Shown here one piece after another: positions 1 through 11,850 of a stretch of DNA of 64,000 bases. Every line of letters starts with the position of its first letter. Position 1 is the first letter of the stretch. The DNA is from Lama guanicoe (lineage: Eukaryota): contig MU056050.1 of assembly GCA_013239625.1 (NCBI GenBank), positions 4,597,366 to 4,661,365 of the forward strand. The letters run 5' to 3'. The position numbers were made by a program, and so were the translations under genes. The notes beneath the pieces are model-generated. The model was given only the letters and a program-made list of their open reading frames with translations, was not told the origin of the DNA and did no database searches.

Positions 1-135
1 AAAACTACTTAACTCCTCCCTCTCTCTTTATCCTCATCTGTAAAATAAATAGAATAATAGTAACTGCCTTAAAAGTTTGCTATGAATATTAAATGAGACA
101 AAATGTGTTAAATATTTGGCACAGAGTAAGTGGTA
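1..135 (+). mobile_element. MIR SINE fragment
   Basis: cctcatctgtaaaat...attaaatgaga...tggcacagagtaag MIR core and 3' motifs. Confidence 0.7.
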
Positions 136-2573
136 GAAAAGAATCTTCTTTTCCTTTCGTCTTCATTTTCTCATCTGGCTTGCTCCACTGTTACTTAATT
201 TCCAGTTCTGACTCTCAGAAGAGCAAGAAAAATTAGAGTGATCTATGTTGAAGGCACTTCTGAAAGCATCTCATTTATACAAGAACATAACCTGCTTTGG
301 AGTAATTGTCATAAGTGACCTGTTTTAACACAAATTTTTTAAAAGTCTGGAGCAAAGAACTGATCTTCACACAAGCAGGTCCAACAGTGAGGCATATATT
401 GTCAGTTGTTTTTGCCAGTACTGGCGGTGAAACAACCACACTGTCACCTGTTCATCCTCATCACTTACCACGCAGAGTTTGCAGGACAGCTGGTGGCAGA
501 GAGGACCGGAATGCTGCCTATAGTTGTGTAACTGAATAATTCTGTCTGGCCCATTCTGGGATAGTGCCATGCCTTCATTAATCTCATGCTTCTTAATACA
601 CTGAATTAAATAGCAACCAAGCCCTAAAAATATCTGGTCTATCTTCTAGAAATACTTTAAAACATTCTAAACTTTCAGGGCTTTCCACAGGCATAACTAC
701 ATTACATTTTGAAAGTGAGTTAATGGATGAGAACTTTTGACAACTGTCTCCCCAGAGATCAGCATGACAATATCCTCATCACTTTCTTATTAGCCTGATG
801 GAAACAGAAAATCATCCTCATGTCTCTATCTCCTGGATTCTTTTTCTAGCCAAAGAGAAAGAATGCATTTTAAATGGTAGGTCACCTGTACTTACACATC
901 TGCAAAATTTCTTTGAAAAACCACTGAAAACATGGCACTACAACCACACTTTTAATGACCTCATAATTGCTGGGCGAAAGTAAATATATCTTTGTATGGT
1001 CTTCACTTAGCACTTCAATACAGTCCTCAAAACCTTTTGAGAGATAAATGAGTAATATGCTGAGCTGTGTTATGAACTCAGAGGCCATGGGTAACGAAAG
1101 GCATTTAGAGCTTAGCTACTTTCACAACTAAGCTACTTTTTGGCAAATCCTCAACTTCCATTATTCATTTTTCCTTCCCAAAGTAGTGACTCAAAGAAAC
1201 AAACAAACAAACAAAAAGCATACACTATATGACTTCATTTTCAGAGATCAATGGATAATTGAGGTAGCCTAACAGCTTTTTGTCAAAAGGTAGATTTTGA
1301 GATAATTCTAGTTTTACCTTTAACCATAAAATCTGAGTGTCTTCAAATACTCCCTGCTGGGTACAACTTTACTAATTACCTGGCTGATCTTACTGTCTCT
1401 AGAGGGTCCAACTGGCTCTTTATACTTCTATTTCTGCCAAATGTAAGCCTTATTTGGATTAAAAATCTGAACTACAAAATTCCAAATTTTTTCCTTCATT
1501 CCTACTTCCTTGCCTGTTGCTGACATAGAATACCATCTCCTGCTCTGTCCATGCGTATTGTCCCCAGCCTTCAGAACACAACTCAAGCCCCAACCCCAAA
1601 TGGTTCACAGCCACTTTCACCTAAAATTATAGTTCCTTGTTTTGAACTTCCATTGTGGAAAATTGCAACTAATAGTCTGTGTCTATTTTTTTAATGCCTT
1701 CTTCAACTCTTTTATAGATGTTATTTTCTCTCCCCAGAAAGTAAATATTCTTTGAGGTCACTACCAATTGCATATTTAACTTGTGTGGCAGAATCCACAC
1801 TAAACCAAATAGTGAATGCATGCAGTAGGTATTCAATAAAAATTCATTGCACACAAGCAAACAAGTTGCAAGGCAAAATCTGAGCCAGAGTCCATACATG
1901 TATAATACCTAATATGGTTTTAGAAAATTCTAAGGTGCCATTGGCTTTGTCTTTCTGCCCAGCTATTCGGTGTCTTACACTTCACTCTCACGTACTCCAA
2001 TTAAGATGATATTTTACCAAACAGGCATTTCTAGGTAAAAAATACCCAATGATTGTAATAGTTAAGTAGTCATAAAAGGATTTCCTCAGGATTCCTTGCC
2101 ATTATTCAGGGGGAAACGCAAGCTCTCAAACGTAACCTATGTAAATATGACTTACCAACTATTAGCAGGCATTAACCCAAGTTTCATTTTTCCCTCTGAT
2201 ACGGCAAGTATTTAAAGGGCTTTAAAGTTCTACCACAATTATACTGCTAATAATAAGTTTTTTTTTTTTTACAAAAGGACAAGGAAATGATAAACTGAAG
2301 AAAAATAGAAACTGAAGCCAGGGAATCAAGAGATTTCTCAACAGTGAACCATGCTAGGCAAGTGAACAGATTCCTCTGGGAGGAGTGTTGGAAACATGCC
2401 ACTTTCATCTTTCAATGAGATAAAGAAAACTCAGTAGTGTAGAGACAGGGACAAGGCACTCTGGCAGGAAGATGTGGACTTAGAGACCCAAAAGGTCATA
2501 TCTATTATGAGCTGTGTTGCTTCCCAGCAGTGACCGCTCCTTTGCATTAGTAGCCTATACTTATGCACTGCAA

Positions 2574-2611
2574 ACACACACGTGCGTGCGCGCACACACA
2601 CACACACACAC
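2574..2611. repeat. (CA)n/(CG/TG) alternating purine-pyrimidine microsatellite
   Basis: acacacacgtgcgtgcgcgcacacacac... read directly. Confidence 0.9.
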
Positions 2612-3469
2612 TCCACATACAAAGCGAAACACTTGGTGTTTGAGTCTGTCATCTTTCCTTAAGAAAAAAGATACACATATATATAAACTGTTGAAATGTA
2701 ACCTCATATTCTGATAGTGGGAATAAAGAAAGTTATTTTAAGGTCTGTAAAGTCTAGTCTGAACAGCACAAATCTTAGGTAAATTTAAGGAAGCGGGCCA
2801 AGTTGATGATTTTCTCCTAGAGCAAGATTAGTAATCTTAGGCAAGGAGATAGCCATTGTAATTTTCGAGCAATTAATCTGTAGATCATTGGCAGAAAAAA
2901 AAAAAGCTGAGGAAATATATTTGCTTAAAGTGGGGGAGGGGAGTGAAATTTAGGCTGGAGGAACAGAAGGTGCCTTACACTAAAAAATTATAAGGCAAAA
3001 TCTGAGCTAATATTTGATGATATCTGTTATATCTTTTCCCCCTCCTCCCACTTGTAGAGAACTTCCAGAGCTCTATTCCAAAAAATAAATATACACACAG
3101 ACACACACACACACAGCCGATAAACTAGAAGGTAGGATGAAGGAAAACAACTGCCAATCGAGGGGCTAAAAAATGAAAGCTAACATGATTCTTCCAGGGG
3201 TTTTTATAGTGCTATTTTTGTTTCATCTTCACAAGAAAGACTCAGATCACAAACCGCCCCCAAACTCTGTTTCCCAACAAGTTAATAGTATTCCTCCCCC
3301 AAACTGGACATTTAAATCACAAGATTAGGCCTGGTACTCTGCTTAATGTTTGTGCATTCAAACTGGAGGAGGAGATTCGACAGCTACCTTTGTAAATAAA
3401 ACCGCTGAAATAACTCTTAACAAAAGACCCTGCCACCATACTTCTAAAATCGTCTTGAAATGATTTGTC

Positions 3470-3802
3470 TTTCCAACTGGGCAGCACCAGGGTTCATGTC
3501 AGCGAACGCCTTTAAGTGCATCTACTACTGTGCAGAAAGGAATCCTACATTTAGCTTCAAAGGAGAGTCACAGATTTATCCCCTCCACCCTCCCCCTCCC
3601 CCTCCCTTCCCTAGCAACTGGTAACCTCAGAAAGCGGACTCTGCATCTAGAAAGAAGCAGTTGGTCCCTGGCTTCATTCGACTTGCCAAGCTGCTCCCAG
3701 GCAGAAGGACGGGTCACTTTTCTCCACACTGAGTTGGCCTGCACGGGCGTTCAGCTGGTTTTCTCCATCACCTCAAGAAGGCTTTCCTGATCGAATTTCT
3801 CC
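3470..3802 (+). promoter_or_regulatory. Putative PRR32 proximal promoter / 5' UTR
   Basis: C-rich Sp/KLF-like tract 3580-3611; E-boxes at 3474, 3615, 3658 and 3752; no ATG between about 3640 and the start codon. TSS not determinable from sequence. Confidence 0.45.
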
Positions 3803-3822
3803 ATGGCTTGTATTGAAAATGT
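3803..3822 (+). CDS. PRR32: PRR32 coding exon 1 (M-A-C-I-E-N-V, phase-2 end)
   Basis: ccATGGCTTGTATTGAAAATGT is followed directly by a consensus donor GTAAGT at 3823. MACIENV matches the N-terminus of PRR32 as recalled, and it splices in frame to exon 2 (GT+C = Val, then LGGHAPSPL). Confidence 0.9.
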
Positions 3823-4651
3823 GTAAGTACAAAACTGAGTGCAACTGTTTAATATGAAGGTAAGAGGCAGTTTGAATCATTGTCCTGTGTAAGGACGACA
3901 GGGACTAGGGGGTTGTCGGGGATGCAGCAGGGGATCACGGACAAAAAGTTTTTGAAGGCTATAAGCTCGGCTACTAAGAATACCGGATTTAAGGGTGGCG
4001 ATTTTGAAATGTAATTTTAAAACAAAAGTGGCAAATCTTTAGTCTAAATCATGGGGTCTAAAGATGAGTAAATTCTCTAGGATGTTGTATGGGTTGACTC
4101 AAAGAAAACTTTAACCAAAGTCGGTGTAAATGTTGAAGGATGCTCCGTAAAAGAGAAACAAACTGGGGTGCTTGTTAACATAACTAACCTCTCTTCGACT
4201 TCTGTGGAGAAAGGGGAATGTATTCCCTCATAAGACTTTCCAGAGCACTCCTGCCAGAATGTGGATGATGGGTTTAGTGGATCATAGATGCTACTGGACC
4301 TGGAAGAGCGGGGATTTTCTGTTTTGATGGTGTGCCTGTGCACTGCAGCCTTTAAGGAAGCTCTCTGGGTCTTCTAGGCTTCCTTGCTGCCTGAAGGAGG
4401 TGGGGGATAAGGGGGCCAGGGTGGAGCCACAGGTCAGCCAGAAAGAGAAACCACAAAGCCTGGCGCTAAGAGGACCACCTGGTGAGGGGCCAGCAGGCTG
4501 AAGAAGCCTTTGCCTACGACACCCGGGAGGAGACAGGGCTCTCCCTTTTCCCACGGTGTATTCCAGCGAGTTCAACTGATCACATATTTCAGATAATTTC
4601 TGGTGACCGCATTTCCATTTTTCTCAAGTTCTTTATTTCTGCTTTTGCAAG
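3823..4651 (+). other. PRR32: PRR32 intron (829 bp, GT-AG)
   Basis: Donor GTAAGT at 3823; pyrimidine tract ttctttatttctgcttttgc then aAG (AG at 4650-4651); splicing restores the PRR32-like frame. Confidence 0.85.
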
Positions 4652-5522
4652 CCTTGGAGGGCACGCTCCATCACCCCTAGCAGCAGATGCGGATGAACGC
4701 GGGAGCCGGGAGCCGCGCGCCGACGCACCGCTCCAGTGTCCCAGTGCCCTGCTGAAGGATGATGCCGAGTCCTGAGGCCACCCTCCCGGCCCGCTGAGAC
4801 CTCCCTTCAACGTGCTGGGCGATCTGGCAAGAGAGCAACTGGAGCGCCGGTCGGAGAGAACAGCATCCTGCATTCCTGTCGACAGTGCTCTCAAACACCC
4901 GTACGGGCCACCACCTGCTGGGGCGGAAGAGTCCCTAGCAACAGCAGAAGTAAATAGCTCCGAGGGGCTGGCAGGCCGGAGGCAGAGGGGACAGGATTCT
5001 ATTAATGTGTCCCAGGAATTCTCGGGCGGCCCCCCAGCACTAATGGTTGGGGGGACAAGGGTCAGCAGTGGGGGCCCTGAGAGAGGGGGCAGCAACGCAA
5101 GGTTGTATGTGGCTTTGCCGCGAGGTCAAGGATTCTTTCCACCCAGGGGCCCGCAAGGAAGAGGCCCTCCACATATCCCCACCATGAGATCGGGGATAAT
5201 GATGGAGGTGCCTCTGGGAAATCCGAGAATGGCCGGCAAGGAGAGGCTGGCTCACGTCTCTTTCCCACTGGGAGGCCCGCGGCAGCCCGCGGAGAACTGG
5301 CCGAGGCCTCTGCCGCTGTCTTCCAGTGCCCCGGGTTTACCTTCTTGCGCTACTGCTCATTGCTTCGTTCCTCCGCGACCTCCGAGTTTCAGCCCGTTTC
5401 TCGCTATGCCAATCGCTTTCGCTCCTCCCCCGATATTTGGTCCTCCATTGCCTTCCTATTTCGCCAATTTCCCTTCCTGGGGAGTGCCGGCTCCTGCATC
5501 CTCAAACAGAGAGAACAACTGA
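4652..5522 (+). CDS. PRR32: PRR32 coding exon 2, proline-rich protein 32; contains an in-frame TGA at 4773-4775 (possible disabled allele or pseudogene)
   Basis: ORFs 4482..4775 and 4812..5522 share one frame. The translation has LGGHAPSPL, HPYGPPPA, EESLATAEVNSS, GFFPPRGPQ, LAHVSFPL, NWPRP and FAPPPIFGPPLPSYFA, which I recognise as PRR32/CXorf64 motifs. Spliced length is 296 codons counting the internal stop. Confidence 0.9.
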
Positions 5523-5653
5523 GGGCAAAAAAGGAACAACAAAAAAAAGCTGGGGAAAGAGGTGAAAGTTACTCATATACATTTTTATATTTGAACCCCC
5601 CTACCCTCTTACACCCTGTTTAGCACCCATGTGCCTTACACACTTGGGAATGC

Positions 5654-5659
5654 AATAAA
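5654..5659 (+). terminator. Polyadenylation signal for PRR32
   Basis: First AATAAA after the terminal stop (about 130 nt downstream), followed by T/GT-rich sequence. Confidence 0.7.
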
Positions 5660-8600
5660 GATTCTGAAGTTTGAAATATTGTGAATTATTTTTTAAAATG
5701 CCCCTCTGGGGGCCTAAACCTTGGATTTCATTTTCTACTTGTAAGGAAGGTAAAGCAGTCATGTCCCAGAGTTTTCTAAGTTGCTCAGTTGTGTCTCTGC
5801 CACTGGCTTGCAGCTGGAGCTGTGGGGAGAGGGGAGCCGTTAGACTTGGCCACGTCTAGGGTGGGGGATTCCTACCTACCTAAGGCTATCCGGGTGGCTC
5901 AGAGCAGGATGAGTGAACAGAGATAAGATCCAAAAGGTGGACCCAAGTCCAGATGAGAGAGAAAGAAAAATACACAAGCACTAAAAGTAGCCAGATGAGA
6001 CTGAGGTGAGCGTAACCTAGTCAACATTCCACAGCCAGTTAGAGGCAGAACCAGGCTGCAAGATCAGGGAAGAAAAGGAGAGATGAGGGAGTTCTACACC
6101 ACTGAGTCAAACATGAATGTTTGTCTCTTGACATGTCACCGTTGCGAAGTACATGATATATACAGGGCTGGCTTAATACAAGTCCGGGACGAGATGGAAC
6201 AAGAGCTGATACCCTCACCGGCTCTCTGCACAAAGGGCTACTATATACTCAGAACTTTGAAAGGCAAATGAAAACATCTCACTCGGGTGGGAATATTTTC
6301 TCTGATCCTGCTGTGTTTGTCTTCATCATAAGGTGCTACAGCAACCCATTATAATGATGGCTCTGAGGGATGATCAAAGTGCCCAGATAGGAAGCTTTTC
6401 AAATTCAAGTGACAAAGATGCAGGCACAGCATACAGGCTGGAAGGAAGGCCATTCTGACCACTGCACAGTTAAATCACACAGTGGCCTTAAAACACAGCG
6501 CCGCTCTATGTGCAGAGCCACTAAACTGGACATGTGTGTAGAGAATGTTTCTTCCAATGAGCATTTTTCATGCGCAGAGCTGATGTAAGTAGGTGATGTA
6601 AGCAGTCAAAGACTGACAAAACCTGCATGTCCAAAAGGCACCTAACCTATAAGCAAACCCATGCATGTGTTTTTAGCACCAACAGTGGGTTCTTCGTTGC
6701 ACGGGTCCATGAAGTTTCTTTTTCTCTATTTGTTCCATAAGATATTGTTCTAGATTTATAGGTGGCAGCACGGGGCTTAGAAGGCGCATCGGGGTCGTGC
6801 TCGCTAAAATTCCCCTCACTCTGTGTCTGTTCTGAAGCTGGCGCGGTCCCATCAATTCACTGTGGTGGGTTGAGCAGCCGTATTCAGTGAATCATTTGAC
6901 AGCTGCTCGCAATGAGTTAGCTTAGTCCCAGCGTACTAAACACTCACTGAATTTTCAGCCTTAATGAACAGAAGAGTTGGGCAGCTTATAGTCATCAAAA
7001 ATATCTTTTGAGCCAGATGTTAAAAGGTATTTTGACAAGAAATCAAGTTGTTGTGTCCATGGCAGTGCTGCATCTCTGGGGAGTCACCAAAAGGTGTGGT
7101 AAGTGACAGCAGAACAGGATACGGTTTCCTTCTCCAAGGAAGTCGCTCCAATAAACCCCCCGAAAGACTTTACTCACAGTTCCAGCAATCCATGGCAAAT
7201 TCGCTATAACAAGAAAGTGCCACCAACACAATCTGCTCCCTTCCTAATACCCTGTGTGGGTTATTTTCTATGCCTTTTCAAAACACGAAACACCTATAGT
7301 AAGCAATAAAAAGTAACTATTAGCAAATTAAGGCATTGAAGTTTTATTTCTGCCTCTGTGGTGTAGGATAAATACATTGTCTGTAGTATATAAGGAGCTC
7401 TGTGTCTATGTAACAAGTTTCAGTAAACACGGTATCAAATAAGCCTGGGATCCTGTTGTTAAATGCAAGTGAAATGCAAATATTTTCGTTTATTCACAGC
7501 TTCTTATGGAAATACTTTATTATCTTGTTATCATAAGTGCCAGCATCCTCTGTGACAGCAAAACACCCATTTTTAAACAGATGATTTGCCTTAAAATAGC
7601 TATTTTAAAAAACTGTCTATGGCAATTTCTAGAAAAAGAAATTGCAATGTATATAAGAATACACAATAATGCCAAATTAAAAACTTCTGTTATCTGCAAA
7701 AAATAAAAATAAAAATAAAAAATAAAATTATTCTGGTGCAACAAGAGCTAATATTAATCTTACACCAAAATCTTCTATTCATTTTGGAAAGTGTGCATAA
7801 ATCAATGTATTCAACACTCTTGAACATACATGTTTTCCCTTTCTCTTCTGTGGCTTAAATAGCTCCTAACAACAAAAGGAAAGATAAACATCTACCAAGT
7901 AGCCCTTTCTTCTGATAGTAATGGGGCTGGGTTAAGTACTTCCTATTCTAAGTTACAATCATTGTCACAAGAAGATTCATGTTGTGCTGTTTATTATTTA
8001 TAGTTCTCATTATATTCTTTGTCACAAGACTGGAGCGTCAGAATTTTAATGTCCTATATATTCTCTAGAAGATAATAATAAACTGTACAACTTTGACCTT
8101 TTCCATGTCCCAAAGTATGATTCATTAGCCATTTCTATTTTCCACTGTTTACAACTTCTGTAGCCTGACTGATGGAAGAGGTACATATGCAGCCAATCAA
8201 ACCGCAGGAAACTGAAAATGTGAAAGTTTAAATTATGACATTTTAAAAGTTTATAGTCTTTCATAAACCAGAATGACATTAAAATTACACATTATTCTTC
8301 TGAGAATTCTTATAACAAACACAAAACAGGATGAAAAAATTCATTTTTACTGGAGTCTTAACGTTGAGATCATAGAGTTATCGTCATCTACCACAGAACA
8401 AATGGTTTATTGCATGGCTGTTACTAAATAACTAAGTAGCATATATGTATAATGGGGGAGAAAGACACTCTTCCATAACTACTACATCGTACTCTAATAA
8501 TGGCTTTGAATTCTCCAGTGTTACTGAGAGCTGTTGATTTTTAAAGGCCTTAATTCAGAACTACGTAAAATGACTCTGTTTCAAGATCAATGGGCCAAAA

Positions 8601-11009
8601 CTAGAGATAAAATAAATTTTAGGCAGATAAAAAACACTACGTCATGTCATAGGTTAATTCCATAGCTATCACAAAACGTTGTCTGTCTTCTTTATAATGA
8701 GCTGGATTGAGTGATAATCCCACAGAAAAGCAAGTGATGAGACTAAATTAAGTGAAAGAACTCATCTGTTTCCCTGTGATGATATTCATTTTTTTCTCAT
8801 AATAATGGAAATGTACAGCATTTATCAAATCAAGTCTAGATTTGAGAAGTCAGGAAAATTGGGCTTCATCATGCAATCTTTTTCTTAGGTGCTTGAGAAG
8901 ACACTACCCTTGCCAAAGACTAATTAAATATATGTGCTTTCTCTCCACCTTTGGGAACTTTACTGCCGTTCAGAAAGGCTTTCTCTAACTACTTTATGGG
9001 GGTAAACTGACCACATCTTTCTCAACTCTGAAAATCTCTTCCCTCAAGTACAATAAGGTAGTACAAAGCACACAAAGCCACCATTCCTACCATGAAGGGC
9101 TTTGTCTGTCTAATAGTACCTAATTATAGACTTCATTGGGAAATATCCCTTTATAACTGACTTCATCCAAAACCCTGACAGCAACTCAGGGAGTATGGGA
9201 ATTTGATGGATGGCCTTTGTGCATGTGAGGAAGAGAAAAATGGATGGAGAAAGATAGATGATTAAAAATAGAGAGGGGCAGGGCCCCTGTCAGTTGAGAA
9301 GAGATGAAGTGCCTTAGAAGAGGAAGCAGCTGTATATTGGAAGTACTGTAGGCAAGGTAATACATTTGGATATGGGAGAACATAATCCAGAGAAGACAGG
9401 AAGGGGCAGTTTGAAAAGAAGGAAGTTTTCCGGATTTAGTATTTCATGACCGAAAGGGCTCTATGGAGGAGTCACGCATTTGAGAGGGTGGGGAGGAGGT
9501 GATTAGAGAAACCCTATCCAGCCTTCCTAAAAATGAATCTATCTCTGCTGCTTCATTCTTTCCTATAAATGTCATCTCTCTTTAGATAGCAGCCAGTCTC
9601 ATATTGCCGATGTGAAACTGGAAGCCCTTTCTGGTTTAGGTTTCCTCAGTCCCCCAAATTGGCCTCAACAAGCAGACACATCATCAAAGTTGCTTTCTGA
9701 GTGAAGTTGGTGTACGATGAATTAGGCTCAAAGAAGAACATTCTCCCGTCAAGTTCTTAAATATATCAGACCCCAAATGTTTTTTTCTTTTTTAATTTAA
9801 ACTCCGATTTTTTTTTCCCCTACTGAGGTACACTGGTAATTTCCTAAATTTGCCTTTTCACTCCTCCCCTTAAATCATAATTTCTTAAGGTAGAGTGGCT
9901 GGCCTTATTTATCACACTTCATCCAAAGATCAAATAATCTGTTTTTTCCCAGGTAGCATGGGGCATATTTTTACCTAAAGGGGTATAAAATCTTTACACA
10001 TTGTGTTAATGCTCATTGGTGCTTAAGTGCTATTAACAATATACTCTACTATTTAATGCACTAACTAAAAAGTTGATTATCCATAAATAGAACAATTTTT
10101 TAAAGTCTTGTATTAGTAATAAGTCACATCTGGAGGAAAATAATCAAATATAAATAACGTTTCATAGTAAAAAAAAAAACTTATGAGATAGTATTACAAA
10201 GACTATCAGTAAAATTATGGATAATCCCAAATTTAACAGAATGCATGGCTTTAAAAAACAATCTTTTCAGAGTTTATATAAACTTTATCGCTTCAGTGCT
10301 AGGCATTTTCACAAATCACTTGCAATGTATGTGCACCTCAAATTGCCCAACTTTATGGTTAGTTAACAGTGCTAACATCACCAGTCAAACAAATCCATGC
10401 ACCTATCACTTCAAAACCATGTAAAGCTTATTTCTCCTTCAGGAATTCTATATGAATTGAAGTTATATGAGGAAAATGCCAGTTCTAATGCCTGAATGTC
10501 ACCCTTTTTATTTAACTTAATGTTGTTACCCTTTTAACAGAGCCAGCAATGGAGGCTACAAGGGGCAATCAACCCTTAATTGGAAAACTGGTTAAGAGGT
10601 CTTAGGTCTTGGGTCTTAGACTCATCTAGTCAAAGAAAAAAAAAAACATAACAGAGTATAAAGCACAGAATCCATGTGCTGGAAGATTAAAGTTATTCAA
10701 TGTGCATTTATTTAACATATTATATAAGAATAGCTCTACACTGGGTGCTACAGAAAAATTAAAACCAAGTAAACACCTGTGGAAGTGACTACCAAGAGGA
10801 CATTTGTTTTCCTTCAGTAATAAAAGACATATCCTTTATAGTAGAAGGAGTTCCCATGTGCTCATGAGTCTGTGTTTAGAATTTCCACCACTTCTCTTGA
10901 TCTGATAGGTTCTCAATAGATGGAGAAACTGAAACTCGAGAGATTTGGTAATTTGACCAAGAACAAAATGTGACTTTGTGGGAGAGTCAGAATCCTCTTG
11001 CTACACCAT

Positions 11010-11850
11010 ATTTCAAATATATTAAAGATATAAATGTAAATAAGAAAAGAAAAATCCCCATAAATACTAGAAGAAAATATAAGTGAAATAAATGAATATT
11101 TACATAATATTGATCTTTCTTCTCATGACAATAAAGTCAGAAACCATAACAGAACACCTACAATATTAAAATCATCTATGTCAAAATGATCATAAACAAA
11201 ATTCAAAAGCAAATGAAATGCTTGGAGAAATTTTGCATCATATTGTGAAAAAGGTTTAAATGTTATTAACAAAAAATTTGTGAGCCAGTAGAAAAAGAAC
11301 ATATCCTCATAAAAATGGATAAATGATAATATTAACAGGTAATTTATAAAAGAAAACAAAATGGTTAATAAACATATAAAATAATTAGTTTATAAGTATG
11401 AATTAAAATAAATGCAGTTTTTATGTGTCAAACTAGCAAAGTTTCTCTCACATAATTATATCCATTGTTGGGGAGGGTTTGGGAGTGTGGGTGCTGGGAG
11501 TATAAATGGTATAGCAATCAGTGAGAGCACATTACAATATTAAACAAATTCCTTAAAATTATAGCGTTCTTTGATCCAAGAATTCTACTAATTGGAGTTT
11601 AGCCTAAGGAAATAATCATGGATATGGAGAGACATTTAGCTACAATTAAGCTCATCCCACAGGCATTAAAGCAAAAAAATTAGAAATAAAGTTGACTTTT
11701 CAAAATAGACAACTGTCCAATTAAATTGTGATACATTCAGATGAAAGACCATAATGCCACCGTCAGAACAATAACCAAAAGCTACAATTTTAAAAATGAA
11801 AACTTTGCAATGCATTTAAAGGGGAAAAACAGTTTCAAAAGTAGGTGACA
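11010..11850 (+). mobile_element. Old degraded L1 fragment (ORF2 C-terminus/3' region, L1M-like)
   Basis: A-rich with L1 relic motifs: aaatactagaagaaaatata, ggagtataaatggta, tttgatccaagaattctact. Confidence 0.65.

Noticed and set aside
3530..3790. 86-aa ORF upstream of PRR32 as a uORF
   Set aside because: Starts at GTG and runs through the C-rich promoter tract; no coding features.
4482..4651. N-terminal part of ORF 4482..4775
   Set aside because: Intronic read-in from a GTG; only the part from 4652 matches PRR32.
4589..5095. 168-aa minus-strand ORF overlapping PRR32
   Set aside because: Antisense shadow of a GC-rich exon, non-ATG start, no recognisable motif.
4773..5680. Selenocysteine recoding of the in-frame TGA in PRR32
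   Set aside because: The orthologous residue is recalled as Trp rather than Cys/Sec, and the short 3' UTR shows no convincing SECIS stem-loop.
7591..7608. Perfect 18-bp palindrome ttaaaatagctattttaa as a double MEF2 site
   Set aside because: Neither half fully matches YTAWWWWTAR, and AT-rich palindromes arise readily by chance.
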